Positions 51,400 to 64,000 of a stretch of DNA of 64,000 nt are shown one piece after another. Source of the stretch: Octopus bimaculoides (taxonomy: Eukaryota); the NCBI RefSeq assembly GCF_001194135.2, contig NC_068982.1, positions 75,019,000-75,082,999 of the forward strand. Direction: 5' to 3'. The stretch's first letter is position 1. Each line of letters starts with the position of its first letter. Below the pieces are notes generated by a model. It made no database searches. It worked only from the letters and a program-made list of their open reading frames with translations, and had not been told where the DNA came from. The translations under genes were made by a program, and so were the position numbers.

Positions 51400-53247
51400 A
51401 GTTACCTTCCCTGGCGGCATACATATACATTCCTTGCAAGCTTATGCATGTCCTCAGCAGTCATGGCCCATGTTTCACTGCCATGTAGCATGGCTGTTCA
51501 CACACATGCGTCATACAGTATATCTTTTACTCTGAGCAAGAGGCCCTTTCTCATCAGCAGAGGTAGGAGCTCTCTGAACATTGCCCAGGCTATTCTTATT
51601 CTAGTAAGTTACTCTTTCAGAGCATCCACCCCCTGCTACTGACTTGGTCACGTAGGTAACAGAAGCTATCAACTACTTGTAGTTTTTCTTCCTGGAATTT
51701 GACAGAAACTGTTCTCTGCACATCTTCAGTGTTTATAGCACCTGAGCATTTGCCACATACAAAAACTATCTTCCCAGTTAGCCTTCCTTTGATATTGCTG
51801 CACCTCTTATGTGTCCATAGGTACATCTTATGGAGTTTCTACCTACACCTTTTCTACAGATTGAGCAGGGCCATCTACCTGAAGGGATTTGTGGTTTGTC
51901 TGCTTTCCTACTTATTAAGCTAGGTTGACTCTAAGGCCCTTCGATTCTAATCCTTACTTCTACACCTGAAACTTTTCCTCTAGTTCTGATAGTGATTCAG
52001 CAATTAGAGCAAGGTCATCAGCATAGAGGATCTTGAATTCCTCTGTTATTGCCTGCAGGACTATGATGAATAAGGGGCTAAGGACAGATCCTAAGTGGAC
52101 CCCTACCCCTACTCGGAATTCTTCACTGTACTCGTTGCCAACCCTCACCTTACTGACAGCATCCCTCATGGCTTGCACAGCTCTCACTAACCATTCATCT
52201 ATCCTTAGTTTCCTCATTGACCACCAGATAAGGGATTGGGGGACCCTGTCAAAGGCTTTCACCATGTCAACAAAAGCCAGGTACAGAGGTTTATCTTTGG
52301 CTAGGTATTTCTCCTGCAGCTGTCTTACCAGAAATATAGTATCAGTGGTGCTCTTCCCTGGCACAAACCCAAACTGCATCTCATCTAAACTGACTCTCTC
52401 CCTAATTAGTTGGGCTATGACCCTCTCCGTGACCTTCATTACCTGATCCAACAACTTGATACCTCTGTAATTATTTGTATCTAAAGCGTCACCTTTACCT
52501 TCATAACAATTGACTATGGTGCTGCTACACCAGTCATTGGGTATGACTCTTTCGTGTATCACCTGGTTAACTATAGGGGTGACTAGGCTATAGCCGACAC
52601 CGCCAGATATTTTGAGCATCTCTGCAGTGATTCCTGATGGGCTGAGGGCTTTCCCTGTCTTCATATCCTTAATTGCTTTATCTACCAAGGTACTGTCAAT
52701 TCGGATAGCTGGTTCCTCTGTTGGGTCGCATTCGGCAGACTCTCTTTCTCCCATTCATTCTCTTTATTTAGCAACCTTTCATAGTGGTGTCTCCAAACCT
52801 CTCTCTTTTCAGCCTCGTTTAATGCAAGTGAACCATCATCCATGCGGACACATTTCTCTCCTACGACATCATGATTCTCTCTCACACTGCCTTGCAACAC
52901 GAAATACCTCAAGTTTTTGGTCTTCATGGCACAGAACATTGACAAATTTTTTTCTTGTCTGCTTTTACTCTGGCTAAATAAACCTGTCTCCTAGCTTCCC
53001 TTCTGGCAGTCTGAACAATTCCCTGCTACCACTGTTCTTCCAGTCCTTCCAAGCCTGTTTCTTTTCCCTAATGGCCCTGTCAACAACATTGTTCCACCAC
53101 CACGTTACCTTGGGTCAAGAAGGGACTTTGCATCATCCATAGATCTGGTCAGTGGTCCTCAGCAGGTTGTCCCTGAGAAACCTTCAGTTGTCTTCCACAT
53201 CATGTGATGCTATATCCCCCTCTATTTCGTCAAAAGTTTCAAGTAAT
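51400..53247 (-). mobile_element. RTE-clade LINE, 5'-truncated and decayed, RT with PHD-like finger
   Basis: WWNNVVDRAIREKKQAWKDW linker. ORF 51960-52754: NYRGIKLL, QFGFVPGKST, AFVDMVKAFDRV, GVHLGSVLSP, LYADDL. Followed by a Cys/His finger and VDSFCYL..AMLHGSETW. Confidence 0.9.
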
Positions 53248-53257
53248 ACGCCTATAT

Positions 53258-53309
<52 letters not shown>

Positions 53310-55358
53310 GGGTATGAGTGGGTAGGTGCTCGTGTCTCCTTGTCTTGACATTGCATGATAGTTGTAAATGAGTGTCACTGTCATACAAGCAGTGTCATTC
53401 ATTTCCAAATATTCTGTACATTGGAAATGTCTGGCTATGGGGAAACAGCTTGGAAACAAGTAAGTGTTGGTGACAGGAAGGCCATCAGGTCGTAGAAAAT
53501 CTGCCTCAATAAACTCTTTCCAACCCATTCATGCTTATAAAAGTCGATGTTAAACTGATGATGATAGGCTTCTTTCAGTTTCCATCGACCAAATCTACTC
53601 ACAAGGCTTTGATTGACCTACAGCTATAGTAGAAGACACTTGCTCAAGTTGCTGCACCATGGGACTGAACCTGTGATCAAATGGTTAGGAAGCAAGTTTA
53701 TCAAACTCATGTCCATATCTACACTGCTCTCTAACTCATTTGAGGGGTCTTGTCTTGAAAGTTACTTGGTGAGCTTGTCAGTGCTGATGCTACATAAAAA
53801 GCACTCAGTACACTCTGTAGAAATGTTTGGAGTAAGGAAGAGAATCCGGCCATAGAAATGATACTAAAGCAAACACTGGAACTTAGTGCAGTGAATCTGG
53901 CTCACTAGCTCCTGTTGAACTATCCAACCCTTACTAATATGGAAAACACACACCCAAACACACCAAATTGAATATGCAACTGAAAGAGCTACTAATGGTT
54001 TCATGCAATTACAATACTTGAAGAGGCATATTTATAAAATGTATCTTAAAGCAATCGCCTTCCTGGCACTTGTGCCGAATGGCACGTGTAAAGACATTCG
54101 AACGAGATCGTTGCCAGTGCTGCCGAACTGGCTCCTGTGCAAGTAGTACGTAAAATACACCATTTTGAGCGTGGCCGTTGCCAGTACCGCCTGACTGGCC
54201 TTCGTGCCAGTGGCACGTAAAAGTACCCACTACACTCTCAGAGTGGTTGGCATTAGGAAGGGCATCCAGCTGTAGAAACTCTGCCAAATCAGATTGGAGC
54301 CTGGTGTAGCCATCTGGTTTCACCAGTCCTCAGTCAAATCGTCCAACCCATGCTAGCATGGAAAGCAGACGTTAAACGACGATGATGATGATGATGATGA
54401 TCTTTAAATGATGAATACATTTACAAGTACAACATGAGACAGAAAATATGAAGAGAAATGCCAGTGGGATTCAAATCCTGTATCTCTTGTATACTGGCTG
54501 TCCCTTGTTACAGATTACTTCATAACACCTCCCAATGACTCAACCCATCAAATGAATATTTGTTAAAGCTTAATTAAATAAGCTAACATTGTTTATTTTC
54601 ACGCATTTCACATGAGGATCATTAAGTATTTAAGTATTTAAGTAGCAACTCAACAAACCAGTGAACACTTTACTCCATTGTTGTCTAACAGATTCTGAGT
54701 ATTACTCTGAAGTTCATCAATATTCAAGACTAAAACAATTCCAGAATACAAATAATAAATACAATTATAATGTAAATGATTCAGATATTTATTTTTACTT
54801 ATTTTTCATCCAGCTGTGGACTGGAAAAGGCCTCATGACAGGCCCCACACCAGATGGCTAGATGGGATTGGGGAAGACCTCCAGAGGTTTGACATCACCA
54901 GAGGGGCTGGCACAGGACCACCAGCGATGCAGAGCACTGGTGGATCTGGTTGGCTCTATGCATGATGATGCCTGTGGGACCACTAACTTTGGAATGACTC
55001 CAGCCCCATCAAGCAAGAGCATGAAGCCAAGCCTTGTGTCTTTTCCATATTTCAGTCATTGGACTGTAGCCATGTTGACACCAGTACTTATATCTTTTTT
55101 TAAGTCTGAGATTCTATTGGCCTCTTTTGATGAACCAGTAAGTTGTGGGGACATAAACAAACCAACACCAGTTGTCAAGCAGTGGAAGCAATACTAACAT
55201 AAGCACAACCACACACATACACATATATATGTATATTTAATTTATTCATTTACTTGTTTCAATTATTTGACTGTGGCCATGCTGGAGCACCACCTTAAAC
55301 GGTTTTAGTTGAAGAAACTGACCCCAGGATTTATTTCTTTGTAAACCTAGAACTTGTT

Positions 55359-55670
55359 TGTTATAATGTGGATCCTCATCCACTTGCATGTTATTGTCGG
55401 CACTATAATATTCTTGTTGCCACTCTTATGTTGTGGCGGTATTGCACGTCCTATTGTCTTCGACTCATCTATTGTGCTATGACTTTGAAACATCTACTTT
55501 GACAGGAACTCAAACTTGACTATAACACGTAACTGACACTTAACTCCAACTGAGAACTCATACAATAACTCTTACTACTACTGACCTCCTACAACAACTG
55601 ACTGTCTGACTTATAAGAGGCTGGTCATACCAATTTGTCATGTGCGAAGGGGAGTGCCATTTTCATTACA
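55359..55670 (-). mobile_element. Probable solo LTR (312 bp) inserted in a SINE
   Basis: TG...CA ends with imperfect inverted termini (tgttataatg / cattaca). 5-bp TSD ttgtt/ttatt. The host SINE resumes seamlessly (acttattctgtc). tataag is present on the minus strand. Confidence 0.6.
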
Positions 55671-56834
55671 TTATTCTGTCAGACTCTTTTGCTGAACCAC
55701 TAGGTTACGGGGACATAAACACACCATCATCAGTTGTCAAGCAATGCCAGAGGGACAAACACAGACACACACACATAAACATATACATACATATGTACAT
55801 ATCAGGGATGTGCCATCTAAGTAGGCAAGGCAGGCAGTGCCTACCCTGAATAAAATAGATCAATAGTAATATTTTCCTTCAATGGTAAAATATGCACCAA
55901 GTTCAATAAAATTATGCAGGTTACTCTGATTACTATGCATAAAATACAAAATATTTTATTTTTTTGTAGATTAGGTAGGCATAATTTGCCCCTGCCTTTC
56001 AATCTCAGTATTAAAGCTACAAATAGTATTGCTGTAGTACATGTTCTGCATGCACTCCTACAACAACCTTTTCTTTATGTGCTGTAAAGGCAGAAGGAAA
56101 TCTGCCTCCAACTCAGTTGCATGCCTGTGTTTCGCTTTTTTTTTTTNNNNNNNNNNNNNNNNNNNNNNNNNNNNNNNNNNNNNNNNNNNNNNNNNNNNNN
56201 NNNNNNNNNNNNNNNNNNNNNNNNNNNNNNNNNNNNNNNNNNNNNNNNNNNNNNNNNNNNNNNNNNNNNNNNNNNNNNNNNNNNNNNNNNNNNNNNNNNN
56301 NNNNNNNNNNNNNNNNNNNNNNNNNNNNNNNNNNNNNNNNNNNNNNNNNNNNNNNNNNNNNNNNNNNNNNNNNNNNNNNNNNNNNNNNNNNNNNNNNNNN
56401 NNNNNNNNNNNNNNNNNNNNNNNNNNNNNNNNNNNNNNNNNNNNNNNNNNNNNNNNNNNNNNNNNNNNNNNNNNNNNNNNNNNNNNNNNNNNNNNNNNNN
56501 NNNNNNNNNNNNNNNNNNNNNNNNNNNNNNNNNNNNNNNNNNNNNNNNNNNNNNNNNNNNNNNNNNNNNNNNNNNNNNNNNNNNNNNNNNNNNNNNNNNN
56601 NNNNNNNNNNNNNNNNNNNNNNNNNNNNNNNNNNNNNNNNNNNNNNNNNNNNNNNNNNNNNNNNNNNNNNNNNNNNNNNNNNNNNNNNNNNNNNNNNNNN
56701 NNNNNNNNNNNNNNNNNNNNNNNNNNNNNNNNNNNNNNNNNNNNNNNNNNNNNNNNNNNNNNNNNNNNNNNNNNNNNNNNNNNNNNNNNNNNNNNNNNAT
56801 ATTTGTAAATATAATATGTGACAATCATTCGGTA

Positions 56835-56903
56835 GCCATGACAAAACTCCGAGTTTCGGATGGCGGGGCAGAAACCCGCACCAGCATCTCTTCAGTTATC
56901 GGC
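56835..56903 (-). ncRNA. Type I hammerhead-like fold
   Basis: Minus strand: gataa CTGAAGA gatg..gcggg..cccgc catc c GAAA ct cgg ag tt ttgtc. Stem I gauaa/uuguc and stem III are intact; stem II is bulged. Confidence 0.5.
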
Positions 56904-57214
56904 CCTCTATTTACATAATATCGAGGTCTCTTTCATTCTTTTGTTGTCTTACCATTACTATCAATATATATATATATATATATATGTATGTAGAACATAA
57001 AATATGATATATAAGCAGAACAGAAGATGGGAAATGTTAAGCAATTGGTGATGTGAGTCACTTGATATATGATTCACACCCAAGTTGCTCTCTTGGTTTT
57101 TCCACCATGTGCTGTACTTGCAAATGTGTTAAGTTTATATCATGTTTACAATTACATTTCCTCTCTCTCCCTCCCCATCTCTATCTACCTATGTGTGTAT
57201 GTATATGTATATAC

Positions 57215-57256
<42 letters not shown>

Positions 57257-57792
57257 ATATGTGTATATATATCACAATGTCTGTCAACTTGAACATGAGT
57301 ATGATTATCACTGAGAAAGCAAAGGCTATACAAAATTTTAGGTCTGATAAGGCTTGCATGTCAACTCATACACACCTTGCAGACAGCATCCAGATAAGCC
57401 AAGGTAAGATATCTATTCTCAGTTCATACCGCAGACTCATGAATGTGGGAGTGCCATGATCTCAAGTGCAAGCAAAAGAACCTCAAAATGTTCAATGCCA
57501 TTTTTTATATGACAGTGACCTTCACTCAGAAACATGCTTTAAGAAAAGTTGAGGGGTCTAGCACACCAGTCACCAACTCATAATTTTTAAATGCTCATAT
57601 TATTACTAAATATTCATTGAACCTACATTGATAGGCCTTGTTTTTAGTCCTGATGGGTTTCTAGCAACTTTTCTCACCAGGCTAGCCTGGTAAGTATACT
57701 GGTTTAGTTGCCAAAGACCCAACCATGCAACTGGATGTACTGGATTCCATGTTACCATATATGTTGAGAGAGAGAAAGGAAGAGATACACAT

Positions 57793-57841
<49 letters not shown>

Positions 57842-57920
57842 CGTATAAACGTGCACACACATACACATATATCATACACACACATATATATGTATGAGTA
57901 TATATTTTTACATATATATA

Positions 57921-58050
57921 TTTCTGTTGAAGAGCGTAGCTCGAAACGTCAAAGACTTTCCGTATTCCCGAGCGTCATACTAATACATCCTTTTGTTATT
58001 TACACCACCTGTCCTCGTCCGTTGTTGTTTTTTCGTACATTCTCCCATAT
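57921..58050 (+). mobile_element. Hammerhead-like short repeat copy
   Basis: ttt CTGTTGA a gagc gta gctc GAAA cg tc aaa at 57921-57953. Confidence 0.7.
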
Positions 58051-58409
58051 ATATATATATATATATATATANNNNNNNNNNNNNNNNNNNNNNNNNNNNN
58101 NNNNNNNNNNNNNNNNNNNNNNNNNNNNNNNNNNNNNNNNNNNNNNNNNNNNNNNNNNNNNNNNNNNNNNNNNNNNNNNNNNNNNNNNNNNNNNNNNNNN
58201 NNNNNNNNNNNNNNNNNNNNNNNNNNNNNNNNNNNNNNNNNNNNNNNNNNNNNNNNNNNNNNNNNNNNNNNNNNNNNNNNNNNNNNNNNNNNNNNNNNNN
58301 NNNNNNNNNNNNNNNNNNNNNNNNNNNNNNNNNNNNNNNNNNNNNNNNNNNNNNNNNNNNNNNNNNNNNNNNNNNNNNNNNNNNNNNNNNNNNNNNNNNN
58401 NNNNNNNNN

Positions 58410-58600
58410 ACAAAAAAACAAAAGACAAAGACAAGTGTGTAAACAACAAACAGATGTATTAGTTTAACACTCGGGAAGTGAGAAAGTCTTTTACATTTCG
58501 AGCCTACACTCTTCAACAGAAAGGAACACAGAAATAAACAGGGAGAGAAAATAGAAAAAGGTATAGTGGCTAGCGATCTATCATGGCGAATGCAGGACAG
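58410..58600 (-). mobile_element. Hammerhead-like short repeat copy, inverted relative to 57921
   Basis: Minus strand ccttt CTGTTGA a gagt gtag gctc GAAA tg ta aaaga (58487-58524). Confidence 0.7.
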
Positions 58601-58771
58601 AGGGGACACACAGGAGAGCTAGGAAGAAAGGAAGATAATAAAGTAGTGGTGATCCCAAAACGAAGATGCACATGTGTGTGTATGTGAGAGCGTGTATGTG
58701 CGTGTGCATGCAAGTGGAAGGGGGCTGGTGACATTGACGTGTGCATGTGTAGGTGTGTGGATGATGGTGTA

Positions 58772-58858
58772 GGTGCTGGGAAGTGATCAGTGCTGGTGTG
58801 GGTGCTGGGAAGTGGTCAGTGCTGGTGTGGGTGCTGGGAAGTGGTCAGTGCTAGTGTG
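58772..58858 (+). repeat. 29-bp tandem repeat x3
   Basis: Unit ggtgctgggaagtggtcagtgctggtgtg. Confidence 0.9.
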
Positions 58859-61800
58859 TGCAGTGTGGTGTGGTGTAGTGTGGTGGTGTTGGGGAGGCAC
58901 GAGTGGGGGAAGCATGGGTAGGGTCTAAGGGATGGGGTGGGGTGGGATGGGATGTATAGGGAAGATGGGGTTGGAATGCATAGGGGTGACGTTGAAGGGA
59001 GAGGGTGGAAGGGAGAAGGTGGGTAAGAGTGAAGAGAGGAAGTAGGTGCACATATACATGTATAGATATACAAACTTACTTTTATATATAAATATACATG
59101 TTCACACACACACACACACATGTACATATATATCAAAGTTATATTATTGCACATAGGTAGAAATATAGAAAAAAGAAGTTGAAAATGCACTGGGATTCAT
59201 TTACATCTTTTATTTTTAAATGATTAAAGACTTAACTGGTTTCACAGTTTTCTCTGATTATCAAAAGTTCAGATAGAAAGACATGGAGCCATGCTGCAAC
59301 TGAGAAGCAAGACAGACAGACAGACATAAATACATACATACATGCATACATACACACACACATACATGCATGCACCCGATCACATGCACATACATACTTA
59401 CATACTATTATTTGCAAGTAATTTTTCAAAAGACCATTTTTTTATCCTTTCATTTCCAAACATGTTACATCTTTTTACAGCATAACAAAGAAACTGAGCA
59501 GCTTAAAAAATTTGGCAGTTTAGAAAGTAATATCACTGGAGTACTGTATCTTCATAAGGCTCATATATATGGTAATGTTATATAGTTCATATAAGACAAT
59601 GTTATTATAATTTATACAGTTTATGTAACACAATGTTAAAATGAGAAATAGTCATTGAGAATGAAATCATTTTAATCAGCTAAAACATTAGACAGGTAGA
59701 CCTGAGCAATGAGTGAAGACCTAGTATAAATAAAAGAAGTAAAAGAGAACCAGTGTGTGTTTATTATTGGCATAATGACCCTTCCCAAGCTACAACAACA
59801 TTCAACTTAATATTTTTATTTTTAATTTTCCAAAACAAATCCCATGTTGGAAAAATTAACCTTTATATAAATCAAAGAATTCTTTGGGGTTGGTGCATAA
59901 TTTTCATTTTTATAGCATTTTGTAGATGACAGAAAGACATCTTCCACAATTTACTTTCCTAAAAGTTTTGGCATAAAATATCCACAGATTGGTGAACTGA
60001 AGCATCTAGCATATAGAATTTTTTCTCAAAATACCTACAGAAGTTTTTAACTCATTATGCATGTGTAATACAAAAACAAGCATTCAACCAAAATCAGCTT
60101 ACTGTATATTTCTCTGTCTCATAATCAGAATGACAACAATGAGGAGTTCTCATTACATATGTAAGATAATTGTTTCTAAGGAGTCACACAGTGGGACTGA
60201 ACCCAAAACTATGTGGTTCCAAAGTGAGCCCTTTCCCATCTTGTGTCAAATTTGATGGTCAGCAGTTTTGATAGGAAGGGTAAGTTCATCTCATTGACTC
60301 CAGTACTTAACTGGCACCTTACTTTACTGATTCTAGAGGGATCAAAGCCAAAGTTGATACTGGTATGATTTGAGCTCAGAATGTAATGATTCACAACAAA
60401 TGTTGTAAGGCTTTTCTTTTCCCAATGCTGTAACAATTCTATCACTAATTTTTGTATTGAATTTTAGACATAAGGCCAGCAATTTTTGAAGGGATGGAGT
60501 TAGTTGATAGCATTAACCTCGTTAGTAGACTGGTACTTTATTTCATTGAAATCTTGGTGGGATTTGAACTCAAAAGCTACAGATTCACAAGAAATATCTC
60601 AAGGTATTTTGTGCAACACCCTGACAATTCTGACAAATGTAAAACTAACAAAAATGTAAAAAAAAAAAACAATTATCAATTGTTTTCTTATGTTGTTACT
60701 GATTGATTCATAATAGAGAAAACATACAAATTATTTGAAACTTTAAACTTTAACCTACACTTTACCCTTTGACTTACATTTGGAATAGAACACTGAAGTT
60801 TAGAACAAACCTATCTCTTGGCAAACTGTCAGAATGCCACCACTAACATTATCAAATTGCTTGCACTGAGGTAAGGTATTATGCACCTGGTGATGAATAC
60901 TTGTTACCTGTGTAGATGAATTCAACATGAGATGAGGTGTTAGATAACAGTCACCATATATTGTAGCATACAGTCACACCTACACCCTTGTACATCACTC
61001 ATTACATTCACCTCTACCTCTGCATCCAACCATCTAATACTCTCTCCTCATGCTCATATGAAACTACCCCTATGCCCCACCCAATCCACAGTCCATATCC
61101 TCTTTTATGCTCACTTTCTTGTAGCCTGAGGGCTTGCTCTGGCACTTCATCACGGACATCTTTTCTTCTTCCCAGCTATTCCCACTAATCTTTATATAAA
61201 GTTGAGTAGCTGTGTAATTACCTCCATAGCAAGACACCTGTGTCTGTCCCTCTGTCATATCTTAACCTCTTAGCACCTCGTATGACCCCCACCCCTCACA
61301 GCTCACCACTTAGTTGAGGGGCTTTTCCTTTTTTCTATTCTTGTCTTACAAGTTACTTGGTGATCTCACTAGTGCTAGCGTATACACTGTAAGGTGGTTG
61401 GCATTAGGAAAGGCATCCAGTCATAGAAACCATGCCAAAGGTGGCATTGAAGCTCAATGCAGCCCTGTGGATCACCAGATCCTGTCAAACGATCCAACCC
61501 ATACCAACATGGAAAACAGACATTAAATGATGATGATGATGACGATGATGATGATGACTGGCCAAAATGATTGGTGCTGGGCTCTGAACTGAAGTAGAGT
61601 ATCCAAGTAGTTTCTTGTTGACTACTTCAGCTCTTTGATACAATAATGTAATAACAAGAATAATCATTAATGAATTTTTAAAAAAGCTTATGACCCAGTT
61701 GTAAGGGTGCTGGACTCATTACTATAATATCATAGGTTCAGCTCCTGGACCAGATGTCATGATATCTCCTTGGACAAGACACATCATTTCATGTTGCTCC

Positions 61801-62424
61801 AGTCTACTCAGCTGAAAATGAAAAGCAACTGATTGCTGATGTAGCCCCCTCCCCACCTATCTCTCCCTCTCCCTCTAGTTGTCACATTCTTAACCTTCAA
61901 CATAAAAGGAAAGCCAAATGAATGTCTAGATCAGCTTGTGACTACCTTAGCACCTAAAACAATTAGCAAAGATATGGTATGTATTATGAAGCCACACTTG
62001 CTTGTGAGTGACAACCCTGGCACAGTTCTCTCTCCTTCCAGCTGTCACACATGCAATGTTTCACAGGATTAAGCATAGGAAGGCTGTCCATGTCTGTACC
62101 CAACTATATAGGGACCTCAAAAAATTAACAAAACTGTGGTATAAGTCCCCAGGTCATACTCACTTGTGAGTGACAGGTAACTTCTTTCTACTTGAACTGA
62201 GGACAGATGTGAACTGTATTTCTTTGCATCACCTATTTACAGTTCTATCCACTGAACCAGCAGATGTTAAGTCTAAGTTGGGGATATAGAAGAAACCAAA
62301 CACAGAGTCAACAAAGGTAGACATGTTCAATGGGAACCTGACTAGCACAAAACACATTCTGTGGAACATAGCATCAATGAAAAACTGAAATAATGCAAAG
62401 GTAAAACAAGGTGTTTATATAACA

Positions 62425-62715
62425 CAGTGACTCTGAAATATTTTTTACCTAAGGACCCCTTTGATTACTATTTTATTCTGGTGGACCCCATAGCTATTCG
62501 ATGTTTAAAAACTAGTTTTATAGATATTTCTTTCAAAATTCATATTTTGTTCCTCACACGGGTTGAACTACATAAAATGTTAGAGAAAGAAACCCATTTC
62601 TTGCAATAAATATATTTAAAGCAAAAATTTCACATGGACCCTTAAAATAATATTGTGGATCCTCAATTTACTATTTTGCCTGCACCAACCCCCAAAAGTC
62701 TTACATGGACCCCTA
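62425..62715 (+). mobile_element. Decayed copy of the 29048 hAT MITE
   Basis: Shares the cagtga start, ggacccc blocks and aaaactagttttataga...ttcaaaattc. Confidence 0.6.
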
Positions 62716-62958
62716 TTGCACTTCATATTCAAAACTCCAATGAAGGTATAGGATATTATTCAGGTACTCAGCTAAGAGTCCACTGCATCTCATAGCAGCA
62801 GAAACAGCTGTAAGCTAATGAAGTTCATAACATAACCATAGTTTTTCTGATGTCACCTCTTTTTCTTATTACTGCTCTATACTCATCTAACACTTTGTTT
62901 TGAAACATATGTATACTGAGTTCTAAACCAGGTTATTTAGTCTCACAAAGCCTAAGTG

Positions 62959-62994
<36 letters not shown>

Positions 62995-63714
62995 AAGTAT
63001 ATATTTTTCTCAATTTTGTACGACTCTATTTCTGTCTATCAGCCCTTTCACCCTTATTCGTTCATTCCACTCTTCGTTCTTTCGTCCCCCTCGCTCACAT
63101 TTCCTTGCCTTCTCTTCTTGCTCACTTTCCCTCCACTTTTCACTTCATTGTGTCCCTGTCATTTTTTCTAGCCCATCCTTAATTCTTTTGTCCTTCTGCC
63201 TCTACCTCTCTCTCTTCTCTTCCCACATGACCGGCGTTCGGCCAAGCCTGATCTTTCTTTCTTGGCCGGCCGTTGTGCATGCAACATCAATAATCTTCCC
63301 TGTGCCTGTGAAATCTTGTATCCTTGCCGTAAGGCTTTATTTCCACACACGCCAGCTTAATTTAATTCGTCCTTAGTTGAAAGATACCTGTTGTTATGTC
63401 CTTTTATCATTTTTATTGTATTTGTGTAACAACGTTCGTTTTTATCCGTCCTAGTTTTTGTATACATTCGCCGCTTTCTTCCAAGGAATCTAATGCTCTT
63501 AGCTTAGTTTTTCCTTGGGGCTGGCCAGATTGGAGCAATATCGAGTAGAGTATAACCAGCTGAAATTGCAAAGATAATCTGAATCTCGACTGATGAAAGA
63601 AAACTCAGAATGACCTGTCCTTGTTTTCTTTGTATGTTTTGTTTTCACTTTCTTGTATCACCTAACTGTCTGGATGTTTTGTGTTCTTGTCCCATTTTGT
63701 ATTATTTATATATA

Positions 63715-63800
63715 TACTAGCAGAAATACCAGGCTTTGCCCGGGTTAAAGAGAATAATGAAATCTAAAAACGCCGTCTAGACTACGCAACCCTCAACTGT
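63715..63800 (+). mobile_element. Possible Helitron/Helentron-like 5' end
   Basis: tactagcagaaataccaggctttgcccggg resembles the actag..cccggcgttgcccggg termini of non-autonomous rolling-circle elements; the other end was not found. Confidence 0.3.
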
Positions 63801-64000
63801 TAGTAGCTATGATACCATATTTCTACCTTAATAACTCTCCAATCCATGCCAGCATGGAACATAGACATTAAGTGGAATGCTAGAAGAAAGTTTTCAACTC
63901 ATATCTATATAAAGTAAATACACGTAATTCAGAAACACGTTTTGTGTATTTTATTTCGTAACCAAACAAACAGGTACAGATTATAAATAATGAAAGGCCA

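Noticed and set aside
728-63376. Most ORFs in the supplied track (poly-CV, HT, YI, LS, X runs)
   Set aside because: They are translations of microsatellites, N-gaps or SINEs.
63585-63620. CTGATGA hammerhead-like core
   Set aside because: No GAAA at the right position and the stems do not pair.

Overview
Repeat-saturated, AT-rich eukaryotic sequence with seven N-gaps. The SINE, LINE and microsatellite repertoire resembles a coleoid cephalopod (Octopus-like); this is inference. No complete gene, rRNA or true tRNA is visible. About half of the window is decayed tRNA-derived SINEs and simple repeats. Also present are fragments of RTE, CR1-like and R4/Dong-like LINEs, a Chapaev3-like transposase remnant, hAT MITEs and a probable solo LTR. 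There are two candidate minus-strand coding exons (517-678, 45431-45535) and a CpG-rich promoter-like zone at about 32.2-34.8 kb. Two things stand out. (i) Several independent short repeats carry minimal type I hammerhead ribozyme folds, including a tRNA-headed SINE with a hammerhead tail and Penelope-style insertion geometry (46945-47254). (ii) Two foldback elements are built around telomeric TTAGGG arrays; one is an almost perfect 244-bp palindrome with a 9-bp TSD (31920-32163).
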